The notes beneath the pieces were generated by a model. That model ran no database searches and was not told the origin of the DNA. It worked only from the letters and a program-made list of their open reading frames with translations. Shown here piece by piece: positions 28,140 through 41,410 of a DNA stretch of 64,000 nt. Position numbers and translations under genes: made by a program. Each line of letters opens with the position of its first letter. The stretch's first letter is position 1. This DNA is from the human T2T-CHM13v2.0 reference genome, Homo sapiens: the NCBI RefSeq assembly GCF_009914755.1, contig NC_060931.1; one strand, 5' to 3'.

Positions 28140-28930
28140 GTACATTCTGAATCCCTACTGAAATAAATTTTGCACATGGAAATATCTCCCACACCATAGC
28201 CATGTTGACTGGAGCCCTCAGGAAAAGCCAAGACACCTACCCATCAGCAACTGCTGGGGTTTTGGGCTAGAAAGTAATCTGACACTCATTGCAAGGCAGT
28301 TATTTGTCTGTGATTGGGCATTTGTTGGATGTTATCCTAAGGAAAATTATAAAATTATTTTGAGATCTGAAATGTCCATTGTTTATGGTTTTATGTAAAA
28401 TCTTCATTCCAACAGGTAAGAAGATGTGCAGGAGAGGTTCCTTATTGAACAAAATAATATGTCCAAAATATAGATCAGGGGAGCCACTGGAAGTGCCCAT
28501 CATCCATATGAGCAGGTGACGACTATGACTTCAGTCCTATGTTAGCTTCCCTGAGGAGTTTTCTAACTCCATTGCTGAAAGAGTTTCCCTCTGTAATCAG
28601 TTATAATCAGATGATGCCAAACATGAATCAGAGTTTAAGGATAGTTGCTCAAGAGTGAAGGGCAGGCACTCAACCTGGAAACTAGCTGCATTGCAGTGCA
28701 TTAATTGCTGTAATTTAACTGATGAAGAAAAAGATAAACCTGGTGAATGGGCAGAATTAAATAGGTAATGCTTATGACATTAAATAAACTAGCTAATAAC
28801 AATATTAATGTGGTATTATGACTTTTTATTGATTCTTGGGCATTAGCCAATGGAAATAGGCCTTTGGTTGACTGGCAGACAAAAGGAGCTCCAGATGGTG
28901 TACTATCTTATAGAAGTCTTTATGGACTTG
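28140..28930 (+). pseudogene. Ancient ERVL-class (class III) pol remnant: RT connection and RNase H
   Basis: Manual translation across frameshifts: LGF(W)ARK near 28254, ARQLFVCDWAFV 28291-28326, FKDSCSRVKGRHSTWKLAALQ 28634-28696, EWAEL 28745-28759, LFIDSWALANG 28822-28854. These are colinear with ERVL motifs PLGFWSK, RQLLACYWALV, FTDGSARYAG..KWTAAALQ, QWAEL, YTDSWAVANG. Confidence 0.75.
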
Positions 28931-29693
28931 GAGGGGGAAAATCTAAGTGAGGCTAGACTAGGGCAGACCTTACTCTAGGATGTGGTCCTTATTCCTAAGA
29001 TGGAACTTTTCTGTTTTAGGTGGATACTGGGATCTTAAAGAAGTGTTAATAGAGCCTTTCTATACTGCCTGGGCTGAAACTTTACATCTCCTAAAACTCT
29101 TTGACCTCTACTATCTTGGTCCTGCTCTCAATATAATATTAGCCATATTCTGTAATAATCATGTGGTTTTTCCCTATGGATGTGAAGCTCATCTTTCAAT
29201 CTTAAATAAGTACTATTGCCTTAAAAGACACAATTTCAGTATTTTTCATGGCCTTCCTAGTTATTCTGTGTAGAAGCTCGCACTAGGTATATAACCTGCC
29301 CTAGAGCAGAAATCTCTTTAAGCTGAATTTAGTTTTTCAAATGATATTCTCTGTAGTTCTGGTGTTAAAATTTTTAAACTTGATACTCCTTCCCACTTGC
29401 TTGACTTATTGTTCCTTCTTTTCTCACATATCTCATGAGTATTTTCTTGCAAACTCTCCTAATTGTAAACTTTTAACTACTGTTTTCACTTGTAAGATAC
29501 ACTATATCCTCATAGTTTCTTATTGTTGACAAATATACATTTGCAAATCTATAAACTTAATATAGCCCTAGTTTAAAACCAGGAAGAGAAATACACTGTA
29601 TTTATAGTCTAGAGCTAATGTGGTGATTAGCATTTCATCAAAATTAACATAGAATTAGCATATTAGAATTTTGTTCTCCACAAACCAGAAAGG

Positions 29694-29755
29694 TTTAAAC
29701 CTGCAAAAACAAAGATATAATATTTAAACTTGCAAAAACAAAGATATAATATTTA
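29694..29755. repeat. 29-bp tandem duplication
   Basis: tttaaac(c/t)tgcaaaaacaaagatataata x2 plus ttta; one mismatch. Confidence 0.95.
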
Positions 29756-31852
29756 TCTAAATTTTACACTAAGAAAGTTACCTTCATATTACCTTTGACA
29801 GCCTTTCAAGTACCCACTTAGAGCTAAATGTACCAATCCTGCATTGCAGCTCCAAGAAAACCACCCCGTCAGAGGTAGCCACTGGGCTGAACATCCAGCA
29901 ATTCAGGAGTAACTTGTGTGGACTGGTAGACAATGCCCACACTAGCCTTTCTTACCCCCTAGTAATGCCTTGACAAAGTCCAAGATTCTGAAATATAATA
30001 AAATGATGAGAATTTTTTTTTAGAAATTAAACAGAATTATTGAGAACAATATTTATTTCACAATAGCAATTATATTATATTTCTTAGTAAGATTTGAACA
30101 AAAATTCCTATCCATTAGAGTATCAGTTCTTGCAAAATTCTTCCCTTTTAATCAGTCAATAGCAAAATATATGCAAATTATACCTTGCTTTACAAAAAAG
30201 AAAAAAAGAGATACATCTTCACTAGTTCTGATGCACATCTGACCATTTGCAAAAGTATCTTTTGGTAATTCAATTAGAGCATTTGACATTTCAGTAATAC
30301 TTTCAGTCATGTAGTTATGTTTACATCCTCAAGAGGGCACTTTGATATAAGCTAAATCTTCCCAGAGCTGATAACAGTTCTCTATGGGCAGAATACTGAT
30401 TTTACTGAATTTCTGCCTTTCAATATAACATTTTTCACATGTAGTCTTTGAACTTTTTACAGTAAAACCTAATATAGGTGTGTGCTTCTTTAATTGTGTA
30501 AAATGCAAGATTTTTGTCAACTTAGGCAAATGTCATTTTTTTCTTTCATCAGTTTCCCTGTTATGATAGATGTTGTCAGATCATCAAGAATCTTAAGGGT
30601 ATTTTTCTTTCTGTGACTGATAAGTAAAATTAAGAGTGACACTTGGTTGATTCTATGGGATTAATTTCCAGTGTTATCTAGTTTTCATGTGTTTGTGTTC
30701 TAATTAAATGTGTATATTTAGCAATATCTCAATCCATTTACAAATTCTCTTTGAAGGAAGATTCTCTTTACATAACAATTCTGAATTATGAAGGTGTTAG
30801 GATAAGTTCTAGGATACTTATGTTTAGGAGAAAGATAGCAACTAGCCAGTCTTAGGTTTAGGTATCTCTAAGGGAGACCAGGATTGGAAACAGAATAACA
30901 AAAACATCATTCTCAGTGATATAGTGTTTCCAAGACTGAAGCCATACGCAGCAGTCAAAAAAAGATACCCTTGCAAGAGAAGAATGTGTCCTTCAATGGT
31001 AAGGAGAGTCTGAGAGTAAAATTTCTCTTTCTGTTGGAGATGAGAGAGGTGCACAATTCTGAAGTGAATATTTATGCCTCTTTAAGTATTTTAAACTTGA
31101 TTTTCTAGATAATATAGCCTACTTATTACATATTGTATTTAAATTATTGTAGTATTAATTACTATACATTTATTTGTTTGGAATATTGACAGATAAATAA
31201 TGAGATACTGAAGGATAAAACAGAACTAGAGTTTTAAGGTATTTAATATATTTTGATATTTAAGTTTGCTAAGGTTTAAATGTTGATCATCATTTCAATA
31301 CTTTAATAATTTTGTATTTTTTCACTCTATGTTCTGACCACTACCTTCAGTATCAGATTTTTTTAAACTCACACCTAGGTTCAGACTCTATGTAGATTTA
31401 ATTAAGTTATAAAATAAGAAATCAGCCTATACAACTTGGAAGAAAACAAAAATATGAAAAACACATGTAAAATGTTGAAGATCACATTTGCAATGAATTA
31501 TCTTACTTGCCAATTTCAGGAATGTGTAACTGGAGAAGTTGCTTTATAGGGAAATGCCCTCTATTTGCTAAAAGTTATTTTCATAGGCCCCTTAGCTAAC
31601 ATCATACTGTATTTATTTAATATAAATTTATTATAGCTACTACCAAATGTCTGCATGCCATGTCAGGTTACTTAATTTTCTATCCCAGTGTCCTTTATGA
31701 TGGGAGAATTCAAGCTTGAAATTGTCTACTCAAAATTTCAACTATAGGTGTCAAATACAATTGTAAGAATTAAACTTCAATTTTGTTTGGGTCTCTTGGC
31801 AGCTAGAATAAAAGAGAAAGGAAAAGAAAAGAAAAAAGAAATCAATGCTGTT

Positions 31853-32219
<367 letters not shown>

Positions 32220-34427
32220 TTAGTTGTATGCCGACCCTATTAATCAAATCATACTTAGGTTCAGTATATAAATTAGTGTATACTCGAGAATTATTGTTGG
32301 ATTTCTTTTCTGGGACCCAGGAGGTATCATAAGGACACTAAAGAAGCCATATTAAAGTGCAGTATCTGGGTTGACACATTTTGTTTCAGGAAGGAGTAAC
32401 TGTGCAGAATTGGAACAAAGATCCAAGTCTACTAGCTATCATAATCATTTCTTGGCACAAGAAAGGTTCCATTTTAAATACACTGAAAATACTGGAAATA
32501 GGACATATCCATAAGTAAACCATTCATTAATATGTGTCATGCTCCATGTATCCTCCTTGGAAATCTGGCCACAAAAACACTCAAAAGGATAAGTCCAAGA
32601 TGGGACTAGCAGACTCCTCTGGAGAAGTATGAGAAAGAAAAAATCCTGACACTCATGTATAGGGAACATGAAAATCTCAAGTAAATAAAATATGTCAGTA
32701 ATAATAAACATTACAACTGATTACATTTCACCTAGTAGTTTTGTTCAACAAGTGTAGGACTTCTAAATTAATTAAATCGAACAATGAAAACTGACATTAT
32801 GGTCCCTTGACCCATTGCTCCAACTGAGATTACCCATTCTTAATAGCTTTGAGGGATTGAATTATTTCAAGCAAGTGAATCTCCAGGAAATATTCATTTT
32901 TCACAGGCATTAATTAGACCTTGAAGCTCATGGAACTGAAGATATTAGTTATTGAACTTACTCACACCAGCTGGGTTGCCCGGCTTGGCCTCTATTACAA
33001 ATACTTCACTTCTACCTTAAGGCTACTGTGAGTATCACTAGGTACCATTAGTTCAGACGTTTAATTTTCACAAAGCTAATAAAATTGAAATTTTTAAAAA
33101 CGCATACATATGATGTTATAAAATAGATATCTATAGGACAGTGTCCCAAGTACAGTTAAAAAAAGAAAGAAATCTTATTTTTCTTTTTTTTGAAGTTGAG
33201 CTGAACTCTTGAATCCCTAGTTAATTGGGTGCCAAGATATCAAACAATAGGAATGACTGATAAGCATTCAGTGAGCTGTCTTTTCTTGAGAATTTATGTT
33301 GGATAAATGATAAGTGAACTTTAAAGCATTAGGTTTTCTGTCTCCTGTTAACCTTTATATCCCTTACACCCACTTCAAAGAAAGCTTCAAGTACAGAGAA
33401 GAGATGCAAAGAAAGATTAGAAAATGAGAATTGGAGTATGACTGTTTTTCTGGTAGAATGTTTCAATGGTTTAAAACTGGTCAAACAAATCTATAATGTA
33501 GACCTTGTTATCTTGATTCCCAGAGCTACAGGTAAACAAGTAAACTATTTTTCAATAGCATATAAATGCACTTTAGGAAATGTAAGGTAGGCTATAAATA
33601 CATACATACATGCACACATAATACATACCACATATAAAATAGCAATTTTATTATATGGCAACAATATTTTTTTCTGATGATTACAAATAATGTCAGGAAC
33701 ATGCTCATTATATTTTTGAGAAAATGTTTTCTGGAACATATTCTGCATATTATCATTGTGGATTCATGGTATTGTGATGTGATTTAATATAAGAAGCCAT
33801 GAAGAGCCATTGCTAGGGTTTTCTGTGGAAAAGAAAGTTTAAAATAATGCCTGAAGAAGCTATGGTGTTGTCTGCACAGAAAAAATTACAAGAATTTACT
33901 CTAGAGATTGAAAATGAATTGCCTTGTGATATTTAAATGAATAATAATATATAATGAAGGAGTGTTGCTATTTCATTCAGTCATCTATCACAAAACAATG
34001 TATACAATTGTGTAAATGCAGAGAACTGGAAAATATCAGGATGAAAATAAGAGTATCCTCAGTGCTGGAACACACCTTGGTGTTTCCGGAGGAAAAATAT
34101 GTCAAGTGAAAAGAAGTAGAGGCATGTGCTGAGGTATGTACACATGCTACAAGAGCAGGAATTAAATATCAATTTTTCAGGAAAACTGTCAAAGGGAAAA
34201 AGACACCATCTGGTAGGCATTAGTGTCACCAGAACACGGGAGCACTTATCAGATTGGTGCAACAAATTTCTTAAGACCATCAAATTCCCTCTTTTTATTT
34301 CAAATTCATTAGTATCTAGAAGCATTGTTTTTGACATTTACTGAAATTCTTTTTGAGAAATTAAAGTTTTTGTAGGAAAATACATTTTGATAAGAACTTG
34401 AGCCATAGGTTAGAACACAACAAAGCC

Positions 34428-34715
34428 GGGCGGGCACGGTGGCTCAGGCCAGTAATCCTAGCAGTTTGGGAGGCCGAGGCGGGCGGATCACAAGGTCAGG
34501 AGATCAAGACCATCTTGGCCAACATAGTGAAACCCCGTCTCTACTAAAAATACAAAAATTAGCCGGGTGTGGTGGCGGGAGCCTGTAGTCCCAGCTACTC
34601 GGGAGTCTGAGGCAGGAGGAATCCCTTAAACCGGGAGGCGGAGGTTGCAGTGAGCGGAGATCGCAGTGAGCAGAGCCTGGGCAACAGAGCGAGACTCCGT
34701 CTCAAAAAAACCAAG

Positions 34716-34748
<33 letters not shown>

Positions 34749-34749
34749 A
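34428..34749 (+). mobile_element. AluS (Sc-like) SINE, CpG-rich, with a rearranged right arm
   Basis: gggaggccgaggcgggcggatcacaaggtcaggagatcaagaccatc...gagcgagactccgtctcaaaa; GAAAA-patterned tail. Confidence 0.95.
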
Positions 34750-35404
34750 CCCAGATGAGGGCCAAAATAAGGAATAGAGAGACAATATAATATTATAAGA
34801 CAGGAGGACATTGTCTCTCGAATCCCCAGTTAACTGGGGCTTAGTTAGTTGAGAAATCCACACATCTTCCTCATGACCTCCAACACCATTCACTCCTACA
34901 CATGAGCACGAGACCGCCCCCCACCCGGCTTCCCGTCTCGCACACGCACACAGACCACATTTTCAATAACGGTATCAAGGCCTCTAAATGTTGGAAGTGT
35001 TTGTGGAAATGGTGAAGAAGTAGTACTTATTAGAATAGCATAGGTAGAATAAAAGCAATACTCACATATTAAAGAGAGCAGAAAAACCTGTGGAAGTCAG
35101 TGAATTAATATGAAAGGAAAAAAAAGAAAAATTATTTTGACAGTCACAAACTTTGTGTTTGGTGGTCTAGCCAGGGTTAACCAGATTAATAAGAGGCAGA
35201 AAGTAATCTAGCTGATACGTGGGTTTTGTAAATCAATAAATATGCATGTTTAATGAACATAATAGTTCCTGTCTTCTTGATTTGACAAGCATCATTACCA
35301 AAACAATCTCTAGACACACTGACAGAATTTTTGAATCTGCAAATTTTAAGAACCAGCCTTGGGCCCTAGTGAACCAAAGACTTTCCTCCATGTAATATTT
35401 GATC

Positions 35405-35460
35405 TCTTCTTCCTCCTCCTCCTCCTCCTCTTCTTCTTTGTCTTCTTCTTCTTCCTCTTC
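35405..35460. repeat. (TCC)n/(TTC)n simple repeat
   Basis: tcttcttcctcctcctcctcctcctcttcttc... Confidence 0.85.
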
Positions 35461-37654
35461 ATGTTTAAAGACAAAATAAATGTTAAACTATTAGTAAGAT
35501 CCTATTACGGGAATCTAGATGTAAGTCGCTGAGATCCTAAATAAGTTGTTTTCTTCAAGGAACTAATTTTCTATGAACGTGATTCTGAGCTCCACTTGTT
35601 TTCATTTTCTCTATCCATGTTTTTATATAATTTTACATGGGAAATGCTTTTGCTCCCTGTGGTGAGACTTCTAAAAATGAAAGCAAAGTACCATCAAAAG
35701 AATAATCAAAATATCGATGGGAGATGATTCTATATTAGAGCTAAAGGGAAAAAAAAACATGAAACATTGCTTAGGTTGGAATAAACAAAAAATGACTGGT
35801 AGCAATATATGCAAAGGGGTGCTTATTTGTGTTTGAGATGGAGGAGGCAACAGGAGTGTGTATATCGGATGATTTAAAATCAACTAAGTGAAGAGAAACA
35901 TTGGAAACATGTCACTGAATATGTACATTTGTAGGCTGTATGGGTGAGGTCATATTTCCAACCCAGGAAAAGAAATAATTCCTATGAGCCAGTAAATGTT
36001 AAAGAAAAAATTTAGAGGCACAATGACAGAGCTAGAATTGAAGCTTGCCTCAAACCTTTAGGCTGACTTTAAATATGCTTCTTTAAAACAGAAATCATGA
36101 CATAAAATCATACTTTGTAAATGTACACTAGATGACAAATATAAATGTTACTGAAAAAAAACATGGAATTAAAAACAAAGGAAGAATGGTGGAAGATGTA
36201 ACAGAAAGTACAAAGGAAGTATTAATAATTCTGAGAATAAATGCAAGAAGAGAAAAGATACCTTTTTAGGAACTGAGGTCAAATAGGTTCACGTTTTTAA
36301 CATCTGCTAGCATCCAAATGTAACTTTTTTCCTCTAACGTATAATAATAGTTTTTATTAAAAACCGAGTCTAGCACATAGCTAGTAAGTCTTTTATTCCC
36401 CCCAAAAAGCCATCTTTAAGTTGGTTTATCCCTAACATTTTTCATACTATAGTTTGTAAGTTTTGTGCTCTGTAATGCAGTATCAGGTTGGAAAATGCTG
36501 GGGTCATTATCACTGCTAAAATAATCAGAGGTCTGAAAGGAGAGAAGCCTGTGACTCAGTTTGTATCTATCCACAAAATGTGAAATAAGTTCATTGTCTG
36601 GTCTGCCAACATTCAATGCATGGCCTTTGATTGAGCAAGAGAATCAGAAATCCAAATTTAAGCAATTATCCTGGCAAACATAGCTTGACATGGTCATTAG
36701 GTTTTATGCTGTTTTAAAGCAAATGTGTTACCAGAAACCCAATTTACTCCTGACAGAATACTATTAGGCAACCAAAGCATAAAGACTGTCAAAGGTTTTC
36801 TCCAAGTAAAGCAGGTTGCTGACATAAGGTACTCTGCTCTCAAAAATATATTTATACACTTAACAATTTTTAAAAACCAAGTTTCTTTACTTCCTTATTC
36901 ATTCTTATAAATATCTCATTCTTTCTAACACTGATATTTAAAAAGAGTGTTTTTTCTGTGTTCACATCTCTACTGCATGGATGGTGGTACCCTAATTTAA
37001 ATGATGGTGGGACAGCTGGCCCACCAGGTTGGCACTAAAATAAAAAGAGGGAGGGTAACAAAAATGCATGCCCAGTGAGAAATAAGGTTACAAGCAATGA
37101 GCTGTGACTAAGAAGAACTTCAGAGCTTGAAAACTCTTCAAATGCCTTCACCCCTTCCTCAACTAAATTCTGACAGGTGAAACTTCTTCAAATATGAATT
37201 TGAAAGACATGTCACAACATGACAAATAAATTTCAGCCTGATGAATATGAGTATATTATAATATAATGATGTACCTTTTGACTCTTAAGCAGCTAAAGAG
37301 CTGAGATACTGATTTTTTTAAAAAAATCTGAAGTTGACATTTTCTGATTAGCATTTCAAACCTTGTAAGATCACGGAATATTTTTCCTAATTTAGTCCAA
37401 GAAATGGTAAATAAGAGTTCTTCAAAGAAAGGTGGTGGAAGTGAAGGAATACAAAGTTCTATGGGAAAAAATGCTCTATGGGAAAAAAAGCATATGACAA
37501 AGGGCATAGTATAATGCCACAGGAAATAATGACAAATTCTGTGTTGAAGGCATATAATACATGACTTTTTTCACAGGAAGAGTTTCAGATTAACTTTGGT
37601 TCATGTTTTAAAGAATATTTGATAGATTTAGTTATATAGATAGATAAATTAATG

Positions 37655-38640
37655 CTTTTTTAAATAAATATTCAGTTAGTACATACTATATTCCAGGTAC
37701 CACCCAGCTTCTGGAAATAGAGCAGTGAAAAAGAGAGATACATTGTATGCTATTAAGGGACTAACATTCTTATGTGGATATTTCACAATAAACAAGTTAA
37801 GTTATTCCAGGCAGTGCTACATTTTTAAAAAGAAAGAGAAGCTAGCTCCTATGACAGCAAACAAGTGGAATGGATGTGGGCAACATCAGATAGGAGTTAA
37901 AAAAGACCTGTCTGAGGAGATGACATTTGGGTTCACTAAGTGCTGAGAGACACTTCAGGCAGAGGAACAGCATCTGAAAAAAAAGTGAGCTTAAAAAGAA
38001 AAAAAAAAAAAAAAAAAGACCAGTCCGGCTAAACCTTGCTGACAGAGAGTGACAAAGAATGGAGTTGCTAAGAGATGGCAGAGAGATAAGCAGAAGCCAG
38101 GTCATGGAGAAACTCTCAGGCTAGTAAGAAGACTGGCTTTAATCTTCTGCATAGTGAAAAGTCACTGGAAGAAATGCAGCAGGGGTGTAGTTGACCTGAT
38201 TTCATATTTTAAAGAGATCAATCCCTGTAGGTTTTAGGGAGACAAAAGTTGCCAATTAAAGGACTTGTGGCTGCAGTGTAGGAAAGAGATAATGATGCCT
38301 TGGACTATGTGTCCCATGAAGACAGATAGAGGTGGATAGGTTTGAAATACGTTTTGCAAGTAGTGTTAATAATAATTTTTCAATAACTGAATGTAGGAAT
38401 TGACGGCATTTTTAAAAATCAAGAATGACTCTTGGCTTTTTATTTGAGCCATTAGATAAATATGGTGCATTTCCTGAGTTGCAAGGGACCCACTTGTCAT
38501 TTCGTAGGATTTAAATGTATTCTGTCAGCAAAGGGGTATCAACAGAAGTGGTTAAGTAAGGAAGTATCAATCAGATCTAATTTTTATGAATATAACATTG
38601 GTAACACTGTAGAGAATGAACTAGACTTAGGGGAAGACTG
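37655..38640 (-). mobile_element. L2 (L2a-like) 3' region
   Basis: aataaatattcag...tactatattccaggtac...gagcagtgaaaaagagaga; ctgaggagatgacatttg; caggcagaggaacagca; ttttaaagagatca. Confidence 0.7.
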
Positions 38641-39244
38641 GTGTCAAGGATAACGTATAGCTTTCTGTTAAAATTTTCCTGGGAGACATGAAAATATCTT
38701 TCAGATGTTGCCTGATTTTACATTTCCTAAATAAAGAAGTATTAGTAATTACAGTGATATGTAATGCTTTGGAGACAATTAGCTTTAATTCCCCCAAAAT
38801 ACAAGTGATTCACTTAATTCGGGGCTCTTTAAGTGACCTACTTCTTTATTCTAGTAGGTTCTTTAGTTTTCTAGGCTAGAAAATATGGAGAAATAATATA
38901 TAAGGTGGGTATTCATAAGAATAAAGTTTTATAGGGTAGATTACACTAGAATCCATTACAAGTCATTATAGAACAGGGCAATATTGACAGGACTTTTTTT
39001 TCACAACACGTTTTAAAAATTTCATTTCATTAGTATGATTAGGAGAAAACCATTCCTAAAATAATCTCACTGCTTCTTTTACATATCAGCAAGGAGAATG
39101 ATTGGCACAAGGTCTTTTCTCACTTTGGGGATAATAACTCATGAAATAAAATTAGCTGCTTGCAATCCATTAAAGGAAAAAAAATGAATAGACTTCATTT
39201 TTAAAAAGACGTTTACTCTCTGAATGGCCCTGTAAACAGGAAGA

Positions 39245-40620
39245 AAATCAAGGAACAGTATGGGAAAAATATTTACAAATCACATATCCAGCGATAGACT
39301 TATATCTAGAATATATAAAGAACTCTTAAACCTCAAGAGTAAATACAGAAATTATCAAATCAAACGATGGGAAATATAGAAAAAGACATTTCACTAATGG
39401 CAAGTAATTGCATGAAACAGTGTTCAACATCCTTACCTATTAAGAAAATGCTAATTCAAGCCACAATGAAATGTCACTACACATCTGTCAGAATAGCTAA
39501 CATAAAACATGGAAATAAGATCAAGTCCTTAAGAAGATAAAGAAAAACTGCATCACTCTTACATTACTGGTGGTATGTAAAAAGGATATAGTCTATCTGG
39601 AAAACGGTTTGGCATTTTCTTTAAAAAAATGAAATTGAAAATGCTGTAAAAACCAGCATAATCACACTCCTGGGCATTTATTACAGATAAATGAAAACAG
39701 GCTCACAAAAATCTGTACATTAATGTTCAAAGCAAATTTACTTGTAATAGCTCCAAAGTGGAAACAACCCAAATAGCCTTCAACAGGTGAAAGTTAAACA
39801 AAATGTGATACATACATACTATACTATACTACTCAGCAATAAAAAATCACAATAAATTATTATTAACTATGATCACCATGTTGTATACTAGATATCTTGA
39901 ACTTAATCCTCCTATATAACTAAAATTTTCTACCACAAAAATGATAATTATGTGAGGTACTGCATATGTTAATTAGCTAAATTTAGTCTTTTCATGACAT
40001 ATACATACTTTCAAACACCATGTTGCTTGTGATAAATATATACAACTTTATGTCAATTAAAAAGATCAAAAATACATTTAAAAAACCAAGAAGTTATTGA
40101 TACAGCAACAACTTGAATGAATCTCAAGGGAATTATGCTGAATGAAAAAAGACAGTCTCAAAATGTTGTATTCCTGTAATTACATTTATACAACATTCTG
40201 AAAACAGCAATAACATAGAGATGGAAAACAGATTAGTGGCACGGGGCAGGGAAGGATGTGGCTGTGGCTATAAGAGTTTGATGTGGTATATGTACACATA
40301 CGATTATACAATTATATAAAAATAATGTTACAATTGTGAGGAAAACTTTGTGACTGTGATAGTAGTCACAAAAAATCTATACATGAAATAAAATTTTATA
40401 CAACTAGATACAAACACACAGACACATGAAGGCATGTAAATTTGGCAAAATCTGAATATAGTCAGTCGATCGATGTTCATTTTATGGTAGTGATATTATA
40501 TTACAGTTATGCAAAATGTGGCAATTGAGAGAAACTTCTTGAGAGGTATACAGCTCTTCTCCATATCATTTCTCACAATTTCATGTACATCTAAAATCAT
40601 TTCAGAATAATTTCTTTTTT
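39245..40620 (+). mobile_element. Old L1 (L1MC/MD-like) ORF2 end and 3'UTR
   Basis: atggg-aaaaatatttacaaatcacatatc; actcctgggcatttat; atgaatctcaagggaattatgctgaatgaaaaaag; interrupted at 39847-40085. Confidence 0.8.
39849..40085 (+). mobile_element. Short L1MA 3' end with inverted 5' segment, nested in an older L1
   Basis: 39849-39929 is antisense L1MA 3'UTR (aactatgatcaccatgttgta...cttgaacttaatcctccta). 39930-40085 is sense (accacaaaaatgataattatgtgagg...tgtcaattaaaaa). Confidence 0.75.
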
Positions 40621-41084
40621 TTAATTTGCTGCTGGCATCCTGAAGAGAAGGTGAAAACAGACTGAATAGCTGCAATGTGAATTATGGCTTTTCATGTGAG
40701 AAAAGCCATGAAAAGCTAGCTTCTGATTTTGTAGATCATGTCATTTTAATTACTCTTCTTTATTATCTTAGATTGAGACAGCTTGAGCTGCAAGCAAAAG
40801 TGAAGTTAATTCCCTGTGATGTTTATTTGCCTTTAGCAACAGATATTTTACCTTTGCCTTAAATTATAGCCATGGGGGATTTCTGTAAGTGCTGTCATAC
40901 TGTGGATGATGGACCGTCTGTAACAAAATTACGTGGTGTGCTTAGGAAGCAATGCAGAGCTCCACACTGTACCTCTGAGCTACCCAGATTCTGGGGGCAT
41001 AGTAAAGATCTCCAAAAAATTATATGAGGTTTCTTTCAAGTGATTTCAGCATTTTAGCAGTAAAAGTAACATCCTATTTAAAGA

Positions 41085-41322
41085 CAGGAAATGTAGCATG
41101 CGTAACAGTTGAGTTTTGGCTTTGAAGGCAGGCAAGCAGGCCTGTGTTGGACTTTCTTACCCATCACTTCCTAACAATTGGAATTTTATCAAATTTGCTA
41201 ACTTTTCCTAATCTCAAGTTCTTCATTTATTAAATACTAGTAACAACGCAGGATTTGGTGAGGACTTAAGTTAAAAATTTAAATTGCTTAGAAAGTTGCC
41301 TGAAAAGTACATATTCAATAAC
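41085..41322 (+). mobile_element. MIR SINE
   Basis: tgtagcatgc...ggctttgaaggcag...cacttcct...ctcaagttcttcattt...gtgaggacttaa...gcttagaaagttgcctga...ttcaataa. Confidence 0.6.
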
Positions 41323-41332
41323 ACCCATATCC

Positions 41333-41371
<39 letters not shown>

Positions 41372-41410
41372 AATCATCTATCATCTCTCTCTCTACCTGT
41401 CTATCATCTC
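41333..41410. repeat. (ATCT)n tetranucleotide STR with degenerate flank
   Basis: 9 perfect ATCT units at 41333-41368. Confidence 0.95.

Noticed and set aside
32966-33076. Additional minus-strand exon candidate with donor gtgagtaagt
   Set aside because: The donor is strong but the acceptor is ambiguous, and I could not establish a coding frame. Worth viewing only if the micro-exon chain is confirmed.
34063-34133. Plus-strand exon candidate (donor GAG|gtatgt)
   Set aside because: Weak polypyrimidine tract and no partner exons; expected by chance.
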